Below, piece after piece: positions 58,971-64,000 of a DNA stretch of 64,000 nucleotides; position 1 is the first letter of the stretch, and each line of letters starts with the position of its first letter. The stretch is from Spirochaetia bacterium (GTDB taxonomy: Bacteria; Spirochaetota; Spirochaetia; SZUA-6; Bin103), in contig CBDBDQ010000005.1 of the NCBI GenBank assembly GCA_965203905.1, positions 4,256,001 to 4,320,000 of the forward strand, read 5' to 3'. The notes beneath the pieces were generated by a model that was not told the origin of the DNA, ran no database searches, and saw only the letters and a list, made by a program, of their open reading frames with translations. A program made the position numbers and the translations under genes.

Positions 58971-60185
58971 ATGCGCATCGCCGACGTCGTGACCTGGACC
59001 GTGCAGCCGCGGGGCATTCCGCTGGTGGTGGCCAAGGTGGTGACCGACCAGCCGGGGCTGCACGGCTGGGGCTGCGGCACCTTCACCCAGCGCTTCCGGG
59101 CCGTGGAGGCGGCCATCGAGCGCCACCTCAAGCCGTTCGCGATCGGCCGCGACGCCAGCGCCATCGCCGACTTCTGGCACAGCGCCATGCACAACGGCTA
59201 CTGGCGCAACGGCCCGGTGCTGAACAACGCCGTCAGCGCGCTGGAGATGGCGCTGTGGGACATCAAGGGGAAGGCCGCAGGCGTGCCTTGCTACCAGCTC
59301 TGGGGCGGTCGCAGCCGCGGCAGCGCGGCGGTCTACGTGCATGCCAACGGCAGCGAGCCGCAGCAGGTGCTGGAGGAGGCGCAGGCGCTCTGGGAGCGCG
59401 GCTTCCGCCACATCCGCTGCCAGCTCGGCGGCTACGAGGGGGTGGAGGCCGGGCGCATCGGCGCCGCCGCGGGCTCCTTCGCCGACACCGGCGGCAGCGG
59501 CTCCGCGTTCTTCGACCCGGGCGAGAAGCTGCGCCGCGTGGCGGACATGTTCGCCAGGGTACGCGCTGGCCTGCCGCCGGAAGCGGAGCTGCTGCACGAC
59601 ATCCACGAGCGCTTGGCGCCGATCGATGCCGTACGCCTGGCCAAGGAGCTGGAACCCTACCGCCTGTTCTTCCTGGAGGATCCGCTGGCGCCCGAGGACA
59701 TCGGCTACTTCCGCATGCTGCGTGCGCAGTGCGCGGTGCCGCTGGCGATGGGCGAGCTGTTCGTCCATCCGCTGGAGATCGAGCCCCTGGTAACCGGGCG
59801 CCTGTTCGACTTCGTGCGGGTGCACGTCTCCACCTACGGCGGCATCACCCCGGCGCTCAGGCTGGCCCACCTGTGCGCCGCGTTCGGCGTGCGTACGGCG
59901 TTTCATGGGCCGCGCGACGTGTCGCCCATCGGCATGGCCGCCAACGTCCACCTCGACCTGCACCTGGAGAACTTCGGCATTCAGGAGTGGGCCTTTCGCT
60001 CACCGGAGGAAGAGGAGCTGTTCCCTGGGACTCCGCAGGTGCACGCGGGAGCGGTCGATGTCAACGAACGCCCCGGATGGGGGATCGAGATGGACGAACG
60101 GCTGGCGGCACGCTTCCCCTGCGACGACGCCGCCAGCCGGCGTCCCGTACCCCGGCTGGCGGACGGAACCAGCCGCCCCTACTGA
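58971..60185 (+). CDS. Enolase-superfamily dehydratase (mannonate dehydratase ManD/RspA-like)
   Basis: YWRNGPV, LHDIHER, LEDP, MGE, HGP.D.SP, NFGIQE. Confidence 0.88.
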   Translation: MRIADVVTWTVQPRGIPLVVAKVVTDQPGLHGWGCGTFTQRFRAVEAAIERHLKPFAIGRDASAIADFWHSAMHNGYWRNGPVLNNAVSALEMALWDIKGKAAGVPCYQLWGGRSRGSAAVYVHANGSEPQQVLEEAQALWERGFRHIRCQLGGYEGVEAGRIGAAAGSFADTGGSGSAFFDPGEKLRRVADMFARVRAGLPPEAELLHDIHERLAPIDAVRLAKELEPYRLFFLEDPLAPEDIGYFRMLRAQCAVPLAMGELFVHPLEIEPLVTGRLFDFVRVHVSTYGGITPALRLAHLCAAFGVRTAFHGPRDVSPIGMAANVHLDLHLENFGIQEWAFRSPEEEELFPGTPQVHAGAVDVNERPGWGIEMDERLAARFPCDDAASRRPVPRLADGTSRPY

Positions 60186-60258
60186 ACCGAAGCCGGCCGC
60201 CAGGAGCTTGTCCGGTTCATCCGACAAAGCGACGCCGACTTGCGACGGTTTTTTGGCG

Positions 60259-61599
60259 CTACGCTCCAGCCTGGGCCACGCGCGACGTGCCCTCGTACTC
60301 GATGCGGGCGCCGAGCGCGCTGTAGGTCTCGAAGATGGTGGGATAGCGGCGCCGCAGCAGGTCGACGCCGTGGATTACCGTCTCCGCGTCGTCGGCGAGC
60401 GCCGCAAGAAAGATCGCCTTGGTGCCCTGGATGATGTAGGGGGCCGCGATCTCGCCGCCGCGGAAGGTGATCGCCGGCTCGCGCACCATCACCCGCTGTG
60501 GATCCGAGATCAGGATCTCGGCGCCCAGGTACTTGAGTTCGCGCACGTAGTCGAAGCCCGACTCGTACATCCAGTTCTGAAACAGGATGGCGCCGTGGGT
60601 CTTGCAGGCAAGGGTTACCATCACCGGCAGCACGTCCACGGGAAACCCCGGCCACGGCCGCACCGCCAGCTTCGGCAGGTCGCGGCCGGCCTGGGGCAGG
60701 AACTCCGCGTGCACCTGCAGGCGCTCGGGTGCCGCCACCAGGAGGTCGTCGCCAGCGTGTTCCAACTCGATCCCGAAGGCACGAAACCAGTTCGCCATGC
60801 CGTTCACCAGGGTCGGGACGTTGCCGCCGAGGATGGTAAGCCGGCCGCCGGTGACCGCCGTCGCGACCACGCTGCCGGCAAGGTCCACGTAGTCGGGTCC
60901 GGCCCGAAACTCGGCGCCCGCGAGCGGCCGGCCGGAACCGCGAACGGTCACGCAGTTGGTGCCTTCCCCCTCCACTTCCACGCCCATGCGCCGCAGCAGG
61001 CGCAGCACGTCGATCACGTGGGGCTCGCAGGCGGCATCCCTGATGGTGACTGAGAAGCCGCTGCCGGCGGCGTAGAGCGCGAGATCGAGGGTGGCGGACA
61101 CGCTCGCCTCGACCAGCCAGATGTCGTAGTGGTCGGCATGGGTCCGGGGCGCCGCGAGCGACACCGAAGAGTCACGCTGCTGCACGGCGACATCCAGCTT
61201 GCGGAACCCGTCCAGGTGCGTGGTGACGCCGCGGAAGCCGAGGTCGCACCCACCCGGCAAGGGCATCTCCACGCTGCCGAAGCGCGTCAGCAACGGACCA
61301 GTGAGAGAAAACGCGCCGCGCAACCGCCGCCCCATGGCGGGGTCGATGGTCTGCGCCCGGATCTCCGTCGGATCCACGTGCACGTTGCCCGGGCCGCTGG
61401 AGGTCACCTTGGCGCCGAGACGAGTGAGTATCTCCAGGTAGGTGTGGACATCAAGGGTATCGGGAAGGTCGCGGAACAGGATGCCCTCGCCGGCGAGGGC
61501 CGCCGCCGGCAGGGCGCCCATCAGGGCGTTCTTGTTGGCGATGGGGGTTACCTCGCCGTGCAGGGGGACGCCCCCCTTGATGCGGAAGGTGCCGTTCAC
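60259..61599 (-). CDS. murA: UDP-N-acetylglucosamine 1-carboxyvinyltransferase (divergent)
   Basis: KNA, LPGGC.LG.R, EASVSAT, AACEPH, PWPGFPVD. Confidence 0.85.
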   Translation of the reverse strand: MNGTFRIKGGVPLHGEVTPIANKNALMGALPAAALAGEGILFRDLPDTLDVHTYLEILTRLGAKVTSSGPGNVHVDPTEIRAQTIDPAMGRRLRGAFSLTGPLLTRFGSVEMPLPGGCDLGFRGVTTHLDGFRKLDVAVQQRDSSVSLAAPRTHADHYDIWLVEASVSATLDLALYAAGSGFSVTIRDAACEPHVIDVLRLLRRMGVEVEGEGTNCVTVRGSGRPLAGAEFRAGPDYVDLAGSVVATAVTGGRLTILGGNVPTLVNGMANWFRAFGIELEHAGDDLLVAAPERLQVHAEFLPQAGRDLPKLAVRPWPGFPVDVLPVMVTLACKTHGAILFQNWMYESGFDYVRELKYLGAEILISDPQRVMVREPAITFRGGEIAAPYIIQGTKAIFLAALADDAETVIHGVDLLRRRYPTIFETYSALGARIEYEGTSRVAQAGA

Positions 61600-61613
61600 C
61601 GTGGTCTGCTCAT
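61596..61613 (-). other. Putative leaderless uORF MSRPR* coupled to murA
   Basis: TATCAT-N6-ATG at 61613; its TGA overlaps the murA GTG. Confidence 0.4.
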
Positions 61614-61644
61614 GCCGCGATGATACCCTGAAACGCGCGCCCCG

Positions 61645-62664
61645 TCAGACGCGCCGGGGCGTGCCGGTCGCGCCCGGAACCGGCACCGTGCCGCCGTTCG
61701 CCAGCGACTGCATGGCTGCCTCTGCCAGCACCAGCGCGCGGCGGCCGTCCTCGAACGTCACCGACGGTTCGCGGCCGGTTTCCACCGCGTCGATGAAGTC
61801 TTCCAGCTCGGCGCGGTAGGCCGCGTCGTAGCGCTCGATGAAGAATCGCTGCAGGGCCGCGGGGGCACCGGCGCTGGTGGCGGTGTAGAGCCTGGCCTGG
61901 TCGTTGGGATGGTTCTCGGAGCGGGCCATGCCCGCGCTGCCGTGGACCTCCAGCCGCTGGTCGTAGCCGTACACGGCGCGCCGGGAACAGTTGATGTGAC
62001 ACTGCACGCCCGACGCCGTGGTCATCAGCACCATCGCCGTGTCCACGTCACCGAGGGCGGCGATCTCCGGGGTGATATGCACGCTGCCAATCGCGGTGAT
62101 CGAGACCGGCTCCTCGGCGAGCACGAAGCGCGCCAGGTCGAAGTCGTGGATCATCATGTCGCGAAACAGTCCGCCCGAGACCCGCACGTAGGACAGCGGC
62201 GGCGGCTCGGGGTCGCGACTGGAGATGATCACCTGCTCCAAGGAGCCGATCGTGCCTTCCGCGACCAGGTCCCGCACCCGCCGGTGGGAGGCGTCGTAGC
62301 GGCGATTGAACCCGATCTGGATCGGCACCCCGCAACCCTGCACTGCGTCCCAGCAGTGCGCGACCCGTTGCAGGCTCAGATCGATCGGCTTCTCGCAGAA
62401 CACCGCCTTGCCGGCGCGGGCGGCGGCGATGATCAGATCGACGTGGGTATCGGTGGACGACGCTATCAGCGCCGCATCCACGCCGGCGTTCAGGGCCGCA
62501 TCCACGTCGCTCACCGCCTGCGCGCCGTGCCGTTCCGCGACCGCGGCCGCCGCGCTCGCGAGCGGATCGTGTACGGACACCAGGCGGGCATCGGGCGAGG
62601 CCGCGAGGTTGGCTGCGTGCATGGCGCCAATGCGTCCCGCGCCAAAGAGGGCAAACCGAATCAC
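61645..62664 (-). CDS. iolG: Inositol 2-dehydrogenase
   Basis: GAGRIG, CEKPID, GFNRRYD, SGGLFRDMMIHDFD, YGYDQR. Confidence 0.9.
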   Translation of the reverse strand: MIRFALFGAGRIGAMHAANLAASPDARLVSVHDPLASAAAAVAERHGAQAVSDVDAALNAGVDAALIASSTDTHVDLIIAAARAGKAVFCEKPIDLSLQRVAHCWDAVQGCGVPIQIGFNRRYDASHRRVRDLVAEGTIGSLEQVIISSRDPEPPPLSYVRVSGGLFRDMMIHDFDLARFVLAEEPVSITAIGSVHITPEIAALGDVDTAMVLMTTASGVQCHINCSRRAVYGYDQRLEVHGSAGMARSENHPNDQARLYTATSAGAPAALQRFFIERYDAAYRAELEDFIDAVETGREPSVTFEDGRRALVLAEAAMQSLANGGTVPVPGATGTPRRV

Positions 62665-62780
62665 CCCATCATGGTACCCGGACCATCCCCGCTGCGCGAG
62701 CGCCCGAAACCACTGCCCGAGGCGGCGCTTTTCGCCCATCGCGGTAGCCGACACCCAGTGCGACCGGGTAAGGTACCGCC

Positions 62781-63500
62781 GTGGCCGCAAACAACGACAA
62801 ACCGCTGACGATACTCGCCTGTTTCCCCCACGCCGACGACGAGATGGGAGTGCTCGGAACCCTCCTCAATCACCTGTCGCGCGGGGACCGCGTGGTGCTG
62901 GCCTGGGCCACCCGCGGCGAGATGACCTCCCTGTTCGGCGACAAGCCGATGGATGAGATCGTGGCCGAGCGCAAGCGCCACACCGAGGAAGTGGCGCGCA
63001 TCGTCGGCTGCGAGATCCGGCAACTGGCGTTCCCGGACGCCCACATCGGCCGCTCCCACGAGGAGGCGCTGGAGCTGGCACGGCTGGTGGCCGACGTGCG
63101 GCCGGATGCCATCGTCACCTGGAACTTCCTGCGCGGCCACCCCGATCACCGCAATCTCGGGATGCTGATGCAGGATGCGGTCACGTACGCGCGCCTGCCG
63201 CGCATGGTGGCACCGTTAAAGGCGCACCGGCCGCCGCAGCTTGCGTTCTTCGCCTACTACGACGAGGCGAGCCCCTATCCGCCGTTCTACGTGGACGTGA
63301 CCCCGCACATGGACAAGATCGCCGAGGTGATGGATCTGTATGCCAAGGTCTACGATTGGAAGAACGCGGCCGAGAACCTGCGCCGGCGGCGCGCCGGGGT
63401 AGGCGATGAGTGCGGCGTGGACTACGCGGAGAAGTTCAACGTGATCGCCGGCCCGCAGTCCGCCGCCACCTATCTGCTCACCCGATCCGACTCCAGGTAA
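62781..63500 (+). CDS. PIG-L family deacetylase
   Basis: PHADDE, TRGE, HPDH. Confidence 0.9.
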   Translation: MAANNDKPLTILACFPHADDEMGVLGTLLNHLSRGDRVVLAWATRGEMTSLFGDKPMDEIVAERKRHTEEVARIVGCEIRQLAFPDAHIGRSHEEALELARLVADVRPDAIVTWNFLRGHPDHRNLGMLMQDAVTYARLPRMVAPLKAHRPPQLAFFAYYDEASPYPPFYVDVTPHMDKIAEVMDLYAKVYDWKNAAENLRRRRAGVGDECGVDYAEKFNVIAGPQSAATYLLTRSDSR

Positions 63501-63946
63501 GCCTTCATCGCGGCCTTGTCCTTGGCGATGGCCTGCTTGAAGGAACCGAGCGCCATCCTGCCCATCAACTTGGCGATGATGCCCGGCACGTCGATCTCGG
63601 CATTCAGCTCGAGGCAGGTCGTCCCCGGGCCGCCGGCGCCTTCGGTCAGGCGGTAGCGGAAGTGGTAGGCCCCCTTGCGGCTGGAGCCCTGGGAGCCGTC
63701 GACGTACAGGGAGATGCCATGCGGCGGATCGGCGGCGGTAACCTCGAACACCTCCCGGCCCTCCCGACCCATGACGCGGCGCGCCTCGCGCCAGCGGGTT
63801 CCGGGCGCGAACGGCCCCTCGGTGAGCCGCTCGATATGCACCAGCCCGCTCATCCAGGCGCCGTAGCCTTCCAGATCGGTCAGGCACTCGTACACCCGCT
63901 CCGGCGGAGCTGCAATCTCGGTGGTGGATGAGAACCGTACCGGCAC
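63470..63946 (-). CDS. SRPBCC family protein
   Basis: IAAPPERVY..LTD, C-terminal amphipathic helix. Confidence 0.85.
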   Translation of the reverse strand: MPVRFSSTTEIAAPPERVYECLTDLEGYGAWMSGLVHIERLTEGPFAPGTRWREARRVMGREGREVFEVTAADPPHGISLYVDGSQGSSRKGAYHFRYRLTEGAGGPGTTCLELNAEIDVPGIIAKLMGRMALGSFKQAIAKDKAAMKAYLESDRVSR

Positions 63947-64000
63947 GTCCTGCTCCGGCGGCAGGCTGCCGCACGCCGCCGCCGCGTGTCAAACCGCGAC

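Overview
A high-GC bacterial chromosome segment, read by eye with no database searches. The 'WASGEVEGAAAA' signal-peptide junction of the peptide-binding protein, the many Gfo/Idh/MocA, aldo-keto reductase, enolase and ABC genes, and the dense toxin-antitoxin (TA)/nuclease content suggest a high-GC, possibly host-associated spirochaete-like organism; this is inference only. About 60 CDSs are recognisable: peptide, branched-chain amino acid and sugar ABC transporters, catabolic enzymes, pepF, a divergent murA and iolG. Interspersed defence/TA modules are VapBC, an AbiE-type nucleotidyltransferase pair, Phd/Doc, HipAB, McrBC, Uma2, AAA_14-DUF4143, AAA-PD(D/E)XK and a coupled Schlafen/AlbA_2-ParA pair. 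No rRNA, intact tRNA, CRISPR array or transposase was seen. Main points: (1) a candidate two-gene Schlafen(AlbA_2)+ParA defence module; (2) a protease-McrBC-HipAB defence island whose McrB has an unrecognised N-terminal domain; (3) about ten genes with a TANNNT box exactly 6 nt before the start codon (leaderless expression), including a leaderless 5-codon uORF coupled to murA; (4) repeated internal deletions, two of which leave open frames in one sugar ABC operon; (5) a fused LivK-LivH protein; (6) tandem hendecad-repeat membrane microproteins.
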